Source of the DNA: Candidatus Micrarchaeota archaeon | GTDB taxonomy: Archaea > Micrarchaeota > Micrarchaeia > Micrarchaeales > Micrarchaeaceae | DNA length: 55,994 nucleotides | Assembly: GCA_021812105.1 (NCBI GenBank) | Contig: JAKAOQ010000001.1 | Span: 1-55,994 of the forward strand | Direction: 5' to 3' | Shown: one piece after another, positions 1 to 8,900 of the stretch | Position numbering within the stretch: position 1 is the first letter of the stretch | How the letters are laid out: every line of letters starts with the position of its first letter | Made by a program: the position numbers and the translations under genes | The notes under the pieces: model-generated | Databases searched by the model: none | What the model saw: the letters and a program-made list of their open reading frames with translations, nothing else | Told to the model about the DNA's origin: nothing

Positions 1-535
1 CGTTTGGCACAGATTCCTGCTGCTCTTTTACTTCAATCACTATTGATGCATACCATCTGTCTGTTTTATACAATTCGATGTATTTCACAATTCCGTCATA
101 TCGCATATTGGGAATTTTGAGATCAAGCTGCGACAACCCCTTCTCTTCTCTATACTTCATGGACATTGGAACTGTCAAAATGTTCCCATCAATTTTTATC
201 TGCTGCGATTTGAATGGTATTACCCATGCTGTGTCCTTCTTGTGGTATTTTGGATATGCTGCGTTTGCATTGTTTCTGCGAAGTTTCAGAAATGACTTTA
301 TTGCACCTTCCACTTTCTGCAGTACCGCCTGAGCGGTTTGGGAAGGCAGTAGGGTATAGAGAGTGTTGTCCTTTTGTATATTGCAGAGATCGTAGTAGAA
401 GTAGAACTTTTGCTCTCGCTTGTATCTTTGGCTGCTTTCATACAATGCAGAATTATACAGGCCGTTGGTTATCTTTGCAAGGTTGTTAAGTATTTCATAA
501 TTGCCCTCTACCTTTACAACCTGCGTTAGTTTCAT
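1..535 (-). mobile_element. tnpB: IS200/IS605-family (IS1341-type) tnpB/OrfB gene, N-terminal ~178 codons; the rest runs off the left window edge
   Basis: Hand translation of the minus strand from ATG 535-533 stays open to position 1, so it is absent from the ORF track. It reads MKLTQVVKVEGNYEILNNLAKITNGLYNSALYESSQRYKREQKFYFYYDLCNIQKDNTLYTLLPSQTAQAVLQKVEGAIKSFLKLRRNNANAAYPKYHKKDTAWVIPFKSQQIKIDGNILTVP... The LPSQxAQxVLxKVxxAxKSF...P+YHKK...F..QQIKI pattern is typical of the OrfB_IS605 N-terminal region. Confidence 0.7.
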
Positions 536-597
536 TTACTCAACTACCGTACAATATACTTAGATATAATTAATAAATCTGTGCATTTCGCATTCAT

Positions 598-618
598 CCC
601 ACGACTGAAGTGCGTGGG
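598..618. repeat. GC-rich stem-loop between the tnpB start and tRNA-Met; candidate IS left-end subterminal hairpin
   Basis: CCCACG (598-603) pairs with CGTGGG (613-618). Two more pairs (604-605 with 610-611) close a TGAA loop, with one bulged G. It lies 63-83 nt upstream of the tnpB ATG. Confidence 0.3.
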
Positions 619-653
619 CTTTCTGCTATGAATTCTGTAAATGCCTTTCTGTT

Positions 654-769
654 TGGCGGGAGTGGGGTTTGAACCCACGGCCTCTAGATGTCTCGTCATA
701 GCCCTGCGGCTCATCACTCATTTTTCTTTGATATGAGTCTAGCGCTCTACCAGGCTGAGCTACCCCGCC
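654..769 (-). tRNA. tRNA-Met (elongator) or tRNA-Ile2, anticodon CAT, with a 42-nt intron at 37/38
   Basis: Reverse complement folds as a cloverleaf: GGCGGGG TA GCTC AGCCTGGTA GAGC G CTAGA CTCATA[intron]A TCTAG AGGCC GTGGG TTCAAAC CCCAC TCCCGCC A. G1:C72 and an AU-containing anticodon stem argue against an initiator. No CCA is encoded. Confidence 0.9.
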
Positions 770-792
770 AAAAGCACTATCAATTTGAAGAT

Positions 793-805
793 AAACTATA
801 TATTA
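793..805 (-). promoter_or_regulatory. TATA-like box for tRNA-Met
   Basis: The minus strand reads TAATATATAGTTT about 25-35 nt upstream of the tRNA 5' end. Confidence 0.4.
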
Positions 806-874
806 GTTTATCAACTATCGCAGTGCAGAAGGGCAAATCTTTAAAATCGTTGCATAACAATCTTTAGCGTTCAA

Positions 875-3214
875 GTGGTATTGATGGAGGCAGAGTCAAA
901 AACACCCGCTGAAGCGCACGCGGGCTCGGCTGGTCAGAAAACACACGGTGTCTCAAGACACAGTTACAACAGATACATGCCGTACGTTTACGTCTCTATA
1001 CTCTATCTTATACTCGCGCTCGTAATGTTCGCCCCCATATCTGCGCACATGTCCAGCGTCGCTAACGGCATCGGTGGCGACGTCTACCAGAACCTGTGGA
1101 ACATATGGTGGATAAAGTACTCGCTATCGCACCTTCATGGAATATTCTACACCACGCTGCTCTACTGGCCGGTCGGCGCCAACCTCGTATACCAGACCAT
1201 GGCACCAATCGCGTCGCTTATATCGATTCCGTTTCAGGCCGTGAGCACGACGTTCGCGTTCAACGTACTGTTCTTCCTCGGCTACATGCTCTCTGGACTT
1301 ACGATGTTCATACTCGCTGACTACGTGGTCAAGAACAAGTACGCGGCCTTCGTGGCTGGCCTGATATTCACTTTCAGCGCGACGCACGTTGCGCACTCCT
1401 ACGGATCAATAGTAATGTCAAATATAGAATGGATACCGCTCGCACTATACTTCTTCCTAAAGCTTCTTGACAGCGATAAGTCTAGGGCTATGCTCTACAG
1501 CGCTGTCGGCCTTGGACTGTCTATGATGCTCGTCTCGTTCATGAGCACGATAGAGATGACTGTTGTGACTTTCGACCTTCTTGCCCTCGTATTCCTTGTC
1601 TATCTAATATCCCCATCCACAAGGAAGCGCGTGCTCAACCTTCGCTTCTGGGAAGGGGTCGCTGTTGCAATTGTATTGATGCTTATAACTGGGATATGGG
1701 GTTTCGTCCCGGCGATACACACGCTTCTTAGCGGCGGTGCTTCGAGTACGGCCAACTATCTTAACGGAATTCAGAACAACGAGGTGTGGAGCGTGGACCT
1801 GCTCTCCTTCTTCCTGCCGAACCCCTACAACGGGGTATTCAGCACAATGACAGCTTCGTACTTTGGCATATTCTCACCAGACATCGCCGAAAGGAGCGCC
1901 TACATAGGATATACTGTACTCGCTCTCGCTGCGTACGCCGTATTCAAGGAGCGCAGGAAGACGATACTATGGGTTTCAATAGCTGTGATATTCGCGTGGC
2001 TCTCTCTCGGCCCGTACCTACAGGTAGGCGGAGTGATTACGGGACTGCCTGAGCTGTTCCTCGCCTATCATTCGATTCCGCTCCTGAACATAGTGCGCGA
2101 GCCTGGAAGGTTTGATATAATAGCGATGATCGCCATGGCGATGCTCGCTGCAATAGGAACAGGAGAGGTTCTCAAGAGGTTTGGAAGTAAGGGAGGGGAT
2201 AGGACGAACGCGATGTTCGTTCTCGGCATAATCATAATACTGCTGCTCGTCGAAACCAACGGCTTCCAGATAGGGTCCGCGCTCGTGAACAGCACAACTA
2301 CCCACGTAGCGGTTCCAAACCTGTTCTACGAGATAAAGAACCTCAGCGGTAACTTTTCGATACTCATGCTGCCCGCGCTGCCGATCCAGAACTCTTACAC
2401 TCCGGCTCTCTACCCAGGCATGGAGAGCTATTACGCATCTATAACTGGCAAGCCGCTCGTGGGCGGTTACGTGACCAGGGCCAACACAACGATGGACCTG
2501 TCGGTCTACAACATACCTCTGGCCGTGCAGTCCACGAGGGTAGCCGAGGCCGGCAACATAACGTATCCGTCCCCGGTAATGCAGAGCCCGGTCAACCAGA
2601 CACTGCTAACGCTCTTCAACTACGATACAGGATTCGTAGTTTTGATGAGGCAGGCGTACAACTCTTCCAGGCTAAACTTAATGGCGGCCTACTTGGGCCA
2701 GATATTCGGAAACCCGGTGTACGTTGACAACTCCACCATAGCGTACCAGACCTCAAACGCCATAAAGAACAACGTATTCAAGAGCTACGTAGCTTTCCCG
2801 TCGCTCACTTCGTGGAGCCCCCAGTACGTTCCGCTTAATGGCACAGATAGGCTCTTCTGGGTGCCGATAACGGGAAGCGCAGAGCAGGGAACGATAGCGG
2901 TCTACGCGCCCTATCAGGCGAACTCTTCGCTGCAGATGGCGCTTTCGGGCGCTTTGGGCAGCGTGAACACCACCATCAGCTTCATAGCTTTCAGCAACTC
3001 TGGTAGCGCAAAGGCCTACGTGGCAGGCGAGAGCGCATCCGGTTTTACGCCCACGTCCATACTTAACGTGACGAGCACACCCAGGCTATACACGGTAGAT
3101 ACGCAGCTTACCTCTGGAGAGCGCGGCGATACGCTGCTGTTCGGGGTAGAGCAGAACTACACCACGAGCGGAAGCGTAGTCTACTTCGGAAACATAACGT
3201 TCTCGAAATCGTAG
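875..3214 (+). CDS. Large polytopic membrane protein, GT-C-fold glycosyltransferase-like (YfhO/PMT-like), with a sequon-rich extracellular C-terminal domain
   Basis: 779-aa ORF with many hydrophobic helices in the first ~470 aa. First loop reads GGDVYQNLWNIWW..YWPVGANL. The last ~300 aa carry 14 N-x-S/T sequons. No WWDxG motif, so it is not AglB. TTTAAAAT lies ~30 nt upstream of the GTG at 875; an alternative ATG is at 884. Confidence 0.6.
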   Translation: MVLMEAESKTPAEAHAGSAGQKTHGVSRHSYNRYMPYVYVSILYLILALVMFAPISAHMSSVANGIGGDVYQNLWNIWWIKYSLSHLHGIFYTTLLYWPVGANLVYQTMAPIASLISIPFQAVSTTFAFNVLFFLGYMLSGLTMFILADYVVKNKYAAFVAGLIFTFSATHVAHSYGSIVMSNIEWIPLALYFFLKLLDSDKSRAMLYSAVGLGLSMMLVSFMSTIEMTVVTFDLLALVFLVYLISPSTRKRVLNLRFWEGVAVAIVLMLITGIWGFVPAIHTLLSGGASSTANYLNGIQNNEVWSVDLLSFFLPNPYNGVFSTMTASYFGIFSPDIAERSAYIGYTVLALAAYAVFKERRKTILWVSIAVIFAWLSLGPYLQVGGVITGLPELFLAYHSIPLLNIVREPGRFDIIAMIAMAMLAAIGTGEVLKRFGSKGGDRTNAMFVLGIIIILLLVETNGFQIGSALVNSTTTHVAVPNLFYEIKNLSGNFSILMLPALPIQNSYTPALYPGMESYYASITGKPLVGGYVTRANTTMDLSVYNIPLAVQSTRVAEAGNITYPSPVMQSPVNQTLLTLFNYDTGFVVLMRQAYNSSRLNLMAAYLGQIFGNPVYVDNSTIAYQTSNAIKNNVFKSYVAFPSLTSWSPQYVPLNGTDRLFWVPITGSAEQGTIAVYAPYQANSSLQMALSGALGSVNTTISFIAFSNSGSAKAYVAGESASGFTPTSILNVTSTPRLYTVDTQLTSGERGDTLLFGVEQNYTTSGSVVYFGNITFSKS

Positions 3215-3438
3215 TTATTGATGTACGGGTGTACGTGAGGTATGTACGGCAGTTGGCGTGCTTACGCACGTAAACGGCGCGGATAATAAGGTATTTAAAA
3301 CCTGCTACTCAATGTTTCGTGTACAGGATAGGAGTATAAGGTGAAAAAGATGACTGATCCGAACGACGGACACCCGTAGTTATATGCGTTACTTTGGCGT
3401 ATTTTGGTTTACGCCGAGCTAGTTTTTAAGCTGTTTGA

Positions 3439-4824
3439 TTATATAGGCAGACCATAGTCTGTTCTCTTTCTTTCTTCTATATTTTTCTTTGAAAGTAGCG
3501 TGCTGTATTGGGCGCTGTACAGGTTGTCGAACCTTCTGTACCCTATGCTTCCGAGTATGACCTTGGTTATTATCAGTGTTTTCGACTCTACACCTTTTAT
3601 AGAGCCGAGCAGCCGCTTTTCTGTCTCTATAAGGTCATCTTCCTCGAATACCGGCACTAGGTACACGTTGCTGTCAGGAATAGAAACTCCGCAGGCGTAC
3701 GCGAACCTGTTCACCAGATCTACCTTCTCGTCAACTAGATCTTTGTAGCTGGAATAGACGGTTTTAAGATAAAGGTCGTAATTTTTGATCTCCAGGAGCA
3801 CCATCCCGTTGTACCTTATCGGCACTCTCTGCATGAACATCGTGGGCCTTATGATGATCGTTTGGCCTTTGATCAGCTTTTCAAAGGCGTTCTTGGCGCT
3901 GCCGACAGACAGGCCGTAGATTCTTTCTATCTCGGAGAAGCTTATAGTGCTGTTTTTATTCAGCTCCCTGAGCACCGCGTATTCCCTCAGCATCAGCTCC
4001 GATCCCGACGGCCTTCGCCTCTCCTTCGTCCTGTGCCACACCTTCTCCTTTAGCACGTCGAAGAAGGCGTCCCTTATCGGAATGAATCCGTAGCTCTCGG
4101 CGACTATCGCGGTGTACCAGCTCGCTGGGGTCTCACTGAGGGATTTCACCTTCCTTATCTCGTTTATGATTGCCTGCGCTATGCTTATCTTCTCGGCTAT
4201 GCAGTAGATAACTATATCGTACGGTCCCTTGGTCAGCATAGCCATCTGAACCCTCGGATTTCCCTCCAGCACCTGCTTAAGATCTTCGTAGTCTATCTCC
4301 GCATGCTCGGTCTCGAACTTTACAAATATAAAGAACTTGTAGAAGTCAAGGTTTTGCAGATTTAGATGTAGAGTATACCTGATGTCGAATTCCCCCTCCA
4401 GCCTTCTGATCCTGTACGGCAGGCTGCTCTCGGACAGATCGGCAAGCTTGCTCATGGTGCTGTAAGGCATCCTGGGGTTCATGCTCAAGGCGGTCAGAAT
4501 CGATTTGTCGTGCTCGTCCAGCCCGTAACCCGACCCCTGCTTCTCCTGCTGGCTACTCGCGTTTCCGGTATCATACTGAGGCACGGGCCTTGACAGCGGC
4601 GCCCTGTTTTGCGGCCTGGTCTTGGCCGGTATGAGCAGCCCGTCATCCCTCATCCAGCCCAGATAGTGCGTGACCTTTCTCGACCTGCCGATGTCCGGAT
4701 CGTACCTGCTCGTGGCCTCGAAGACGCAGAACCTCTTGTTGAGGTACTTCAGCTCTATGTAGCCACTGTACGCTGACTTCAGCTCGTTGAACGCGCTTCT
4801 TATCCTTTTGGGGACCTCCCGCAT
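3439..4824 (-). CDS. Tandem Lrp/AsnC-like regulator (two HTH plus RAM-like units) with a ~100-aa N-terminal extension
   Basis: 461 aa. First HTH unit: DKSILTALSMNPRMPYSTMSKLADLSESSLPYRIRRLEGE, followed by a beta-alpha-beta segment. Second unit: EYAVLRELNKNSTISFSEIERIYGLSVGSAKNAFEKL. The N-terminal YIELKYLNKRFCVFEATSRYDPDIGRSRKVTHYLG recalls the N termini of IS1634-type transposases. CTTAAATATAT lies ~25-35 nt upstream. Confidence 0.65.
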   Translation of the reverse strand: MREVPKRIRSAFNELKSAYSGYIELKYLNKRFCVFEATSRYDPDIGRSRKVTHYLGWMRDDGLLIPAKTRPQNRAPLSRPVPQYDTGNASSQQEKQGSGYGLDEHDKSILTALSMNPRMPYSTMSKLADLSESSLPYRIRRLEGEFDIRYTLHLNLQNLDFYKFFIFVKFETEHAEIDYEDLKQVLEGNPRVQMAMLTKGPYDIVIYCIAEKISIAQAIINEIRKVKSLSETPASWYTAIVAESYGFIPIRDAFFDVLKEKVWHRTKERRRPSGSELMLREYAVLRELNKNSTISFSEIERIYGLSVGSAKNAFEKLIKGQTIIIRPTMFMQRVPIRYNGMVLLEIKNYDLYLKTVYSSYKDLVDEKVDLVNRFAYACGVSIPDSNVYLVPVFEEDDLIETEKRLLGSIKGVESKTLIITKVILGSIGYRRFDNLYSAQYSTLLSKKNIEERKRTDYGLPI

Positions 4825-5059
4825 GCTCCCATTTTATAGTAGACAGCCCATATATTTAAGCCTATCTATTTTTAATTTATGATGTTGCCCATTATATGCA
4901 GAGTATTCTGTCACGTAATAGATGGGTATATATTTTGTATTTTTCATTATTTTATATTAAATATGATAGTAATTGTGCTCGATTGTTCTCAGAATTGGCT
5001 GGTTTTTCCTCTCTACTTATATATAAAAGGTAGGCGCAAATACTATCAAGACAAAAGCG

Positions 5060-5398
5060 ATGCGTACTGCGGGCTTGCTCTGTTGTGGGGCAGAAAGGTG
5101 TGTTGAAATGACCGGGGTTGCTAAGAAGCATAATAATTATAAAGGCTATAACTGGGACGGCAGGCTTCACAATTTCTACTTTATAAAGCCAATACCAAAC
5201 GTTGATGCTGATTCTCTTTCTGAAAAACTGCTCGGAATAAAGGGCGTAAAGGAGGTGCACGTTACAGAAGGTGACAGCGGTTTCCTTGTAAGGGCGAAGT
5301 ATTCTGATGGCGCCAAGGATGTTGGTGAGCAGATAGCGAAAAGCATGAACAGCAGGTACAATCTCTCACTAAGCTATTATAGTCTCAACAAAGAGTGA
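5060..5398 (+). CDS. Small stand-alone RAM/ACT-like (ferredoxin-fold) protein, paralog of 39469-39780
   Basis: FYFIKPIPNVDADSLSEKLLGIKGVKEVHVTEGDSGFLVRAKYSDG..IAKSM..YNLSLSYYSL fits the beta-alpha-beta-beta-alpha-beta Lrp/AsnC ligand-binding pattern (..V.ev..vtG.yD..v.v). About 57% identical to the paralog over ~74 aa. Alternative start at ATG 5108. A TATATATAAAAGG box lies ~30 nt upstream of 5060. Confidence 0.7.
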   Translation: MRTAGLLCCGAERCVEMTGVAKKHNNYKGYNWDGRLHNFYFIKPIPNVDADSLSEKLLGIKGVKEVHVTEGDSGFLVRAKYSDGAKDVGEQIAKSMNSRYNLSLSYYSLNKE

Positions 5399-5408
5399 TG
5401 GTGTTTAT

Positions 5409-5549
5409 ATGATTCTGGACGATGATGTGGTTGTTGTTGCGAAGGTCCCCGGAATGGTCTGGGAGATAAAGTACAGGAACGGGGAGAGCGCACAGGTTCA
5501 GGCAGGTAAGAGATCGCTTATTTCCAGAATTTTGGATCTGGTAAGGTAG
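5409..5549 (+). CDS. Conserved microprotein (46 aa), paralog of 39308-39472; not in the ORF track
   Basis: Hand translation: MILDDDVVVVAKVPGMVWEIKYRNGESAQVQAGKRSLISRILDLVR, TAG at 5547-5549. It starts 10 nt after the RAM gene stop. The paralog shares LDDDVVVV..PG.VW with only synonymous codon differences. Confidence 0.65.
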   Translation: MILDDDVVVVAKVPGMVWEIKYRNGESAQVQAGKRSLISRILDLVR

Positions 5550-5583
5550 CCACTCACCGCCTTACCAATTTCACCCCATAAAT

Positions 5584-5605
5584 CCCCACGGGTTTTCTCG
5601 TGGGG
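5584..5605 (+). terminator. Stable hairpin downstream of the microprotein gene (terminator-like or regulatory)
   Basis: CCCCACG(G) and (C)CGTGGGG form 7-9 bp around a TTTT loop, 35 nt after the stop at 5549. Confidence 0.3.
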
Positions 5606-5627
5606 TATGATGTTAAAAGTTGATTAA

Positions 5628-5843
5628 ATGAATTCAACAGAGAAGGACCAGGGCAAGTATCTTAGAAGGGAACCTACAGAGGATATTCACGTAAACGAGG
5701 GCCAGCTGGACAACTACGGAGAGGCGGCGGGAAGTAGCATGGGCCATTCCGTTTATGGTAAGCCGGGTTGGTATATTTCAGAACGTCTAAGAGAACATAT
5801 AGAAGAATCAAAAAAGACAGCTGACGAATCTACCGAGGCTTGA
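5628..5843 (+). CDS. Hypothetical small acidic protein (71 aa)
   Basis: ORF only, with no recognisable motif. It is followed by an 11-bp inverted repeat and a T-tract. Confidence 0.35.
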   Translation: MNSTEKDQGKYLRREPTEDIHVNEGQLDNYGEAAGSSMGHSVYGKPGWYISERLREHIEESKKTADESTEA

Positions 5844-5854
5844 TTTCATGCTTA

Positions 5855-5928
5855 AACTACGTTCCGGAAGTGCTAAGAAGAACCCCACAAACCTCTCACC
5901 ACGGAGGAACGTAGTTCTTTTCCTTTTC
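5855..5928 (+). terminator. Perfect 11-bp inverted repeat followed by a T-rich tract
   Basis: AACTACGTTCC (5855-5865) pairs with GGAACGTAGTT (5906-5916) around a 40-nt spacer. CTTTTCCTTTTC follows on the + strand. Confidence 0.35.
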
Positions 5929-5936
5929 ATATTCCT

Positions 5937-8900
5937 TTACTGACTCTTATCGTCGGTCCTGTTTCTGCCCTCTACTTTGCTTACCGCTATTTTGATTGTG
6001 CTGCCCAGAATCTCCAGCTCTTTCTGGTTGGGCTCGTTCAATTCTCCCACAAAAGTAATTTTACGCGCCCGGGTTACGCCCTTTATGCTGGCGAGGCTCT
6101 TTTCGACCGACGCCTTGACCTGTTGATCGGCCGCCATCCTGACGTCTATCCTGTCCAGCTTCGTGAGTCCGTTCTCCTTCCTTATCGCCTGGATCGTCCT
6201 CGTTAGCTCTCTTGCCAACAGCTCTTCCTTTATCTCTTTGGTTAGTTCTGCGTTTATCGATACGCTGCCGTGCCTGAACCGTGCCGTATCCTCATCGGAA
6301 TGCTTCCTCAATACCGTAAAGTGCTCCGGCCTTATCTCAAACATTCCGTCGCTTGTCTCGAGAGTATAGACGCCGTTCTTCTCTATGCTCTCCATCAACT
6401 CTCTCGCGTCGGACTTTGCGAGCTCCTCGGCCACGACTCCGGCGTGCGACTTGAATTCGGGTCCTATCTTAGCGAAGAGCGGCTTTATCTCGTCTGCCCC
6501 GCCCTTGGACTCCACAACGGTGATGCGCTTTACGTTCGCGTAATCCTCGATCAGTCCAGAAAGCCTCTCAATCGTCTCGAGCCTGGAAGCTCCCTCAACC
6601 TCTATCCTTGCCTCGAGCAGGGGCTGCTTGAGCTTCACGTTCTCCCTCTCGCGAAGGCTGAGTATCGCCGCCGATACGTCCTTCAGCATCTCGAACTCCT
6701 CTTCAAGGCCCTTGTTCACATACTTCTTCTCTGCTCTGGGCCAGTCGGATTCGAATATGCTTTCACCGTTAGAGAACGTGTCCATGTAGATGTACTCGCT
6801 CGCGAACGGTATGAATACAGAGAATAAAACCAGCAGCCTCTTCAGTACGTAGGCTGTTATGCTGGCGATTCTCCTGACGCTGCTCCTTTTCGCCATCGAA
6901 GCTCTCTGCTTCGCAAACTTGAGGTAGAATCTGCTGAAGTCCTCGAGGAGGAAGCTCTTCAACGCGTTGGCTGCAACGTCGAGCGAATAACCCTCCATTG
7001 CTTCAGTAACCTCTCCTATAACAGTGTTTAGCCTTGAGAGTATCCACGCGTCCTCGTGCTCCAGCGAGGCCTTGGACGGCTTGGTGGCGTTCTTGATGTC
7101 GCTTTCGGATAGGGTCGCAAACTCCCTTACCAGGTTGCCCACGTTGTATAGCGTTATAATATTCCTGTCCGCCTCTCCGAGCTCGCTCTTCTTGAGCCTC
7201 AGGTCCTGCCATCTGGGGTGAGTTGACACCCACAGCCTGAACCCGTCAGCTGTAGAAACGTTGAGAAGGTCGAGCGCCGATACCATGTTGCCCAAGTGCC
7301 TGTGCATCTCGTCACCGAACTCGTCAACGAGCATGCCTCCTATCACTACCTCCCTGAACGGTGCCTTGTTGTAGAGCGCCACGGATGTCTTTAGGAGCGT
7401 GGAGAACCATCCGCGCAGCTGGTCCTTGCTCTCGGTTATTACATCAGCGGGAAACAGCTTCGTCAGTTCATCAGAGCTGAGGCTCGCCGTATGCGCGATT
7501 CCGGAGTCGTACCATACGTCAAATATGTCCTCTACCCTCTTCATAGTTCCGCCGCACTTGTTGCACTTGAACGTTATACTGTCTACGTGCTGCCTGTGCA
7601 GGTCGCGCGGCTCTGGCCCCAGGCCGGATCTCTTGGCCAGCTCTGTTCCGGATCCGAACACCTCGACATTGCCGCAGCTGTCGCACTGCCATATTGGAAT
7701 CGGTATGCCCCAGTACCTCTGCCTTGATATGCACCAGTCTGGAGAACTGCGCAGCGTATCGGCCATCCACTCCTTGGCTTCGGCTGGATGCCACGCCACT
7801 CTATCGTTCGCCTTTATCAGCCTGCTCTTCATCTTCTGTACGTTAACGAACCACTGCCACGACGTCCGGTATATCAGCTTGCTGCCGCACCTCCAGCAGT
7901 GCGGATAGCTGTGCCTTATTGAAGCCAGGAACAGAATAGACTTTCTTTCCTTCAGGTAGTCCAGGACAGCTTTGTTCGCCTCGTCCGGGACCCTCATCCC
8001 AACAAACCTGCCGGCGTCGGCCGTATACCTCGCCAGGGCGTCGACCGGGGAAAACGCGGGTATCCTGTTTCTCCTTCCTAGCTCGTAGTCCTCTGGGCCG
8101 TGCCCCGGAGCTACGTGAACCAGCCCGGTTCCCTCGGCCATGGAAACATTTTTCTCATCCATCAGGACGGTGTGGTATTTCCTGAATTTCGATTGCAACG
8201 GTACGGCCTCCTCGAGCGGGCTCGCGTAGCGTACTCCCTCGAGCTCGGATCCGTAGAACTCCTTTATTACAACGGCGTTCTTGCCGGTCTCGCCAACGAC
8301 AACGTCGAGCCGCTCCTTTGCTAGTATGTAGTCCGCCCCGTCAATCTGAGCGAGGATGTAGAGCGACCGGGGGTTTACCGCTACCGCCATGTTAGCCGGA
8401 AGCGTCCATGGTGTCGTGGTCCATACCAGCAGCATTGTACCGTCAGGGATATCGATTTTGTAACCGTACTTGGCGTCGTTGAGCACCTCGAAGCCGATGT
8501 ATATTGAGGGATCGCTCTCGTCCCTGTATTCTATCTCGGCCCCCTGGGCTGATATCGCGGTCTCGCAGTGCGGGCAGTAGAGAAGCGGTTTCTCTGCCTT
8601 GTAGACGAGGTCCTTGCCGTACATCTCCTTGAATACGCTCCAGGCCTTGTTCATGTAGCCGCTTTCAGAGGGTATGTAGGCGTGATCGAAGTCCAGTGAG
8701 ATGCCGAATCTCTTCGCTATGCTCGCGGCGTTCTTTACGTTGGTCACGGCGTACTCGTTGCACTCGCCTATGAACTTCTCCACACCAACTTTGTTCTCTA
8801 TGTCGAGCTTGGACGTGAGCTTCAGCTTCTCCTCCACCTTGTGCTCTATTGGAAGCCCGTGCACATCGAATCCGGCGCGGTCGTGGAGGTTGAAACCCCT

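Noticed and set aside
5584-5605. Shared CCCACG/CGTGGG stem between this hairpin and the one at 598-618, considered as a possible solo IS end or MITE
   Set aside because: Only the 6-nt stem core is shared. The loops and flanks differ, and the hexamers occur by chance several times in the window.
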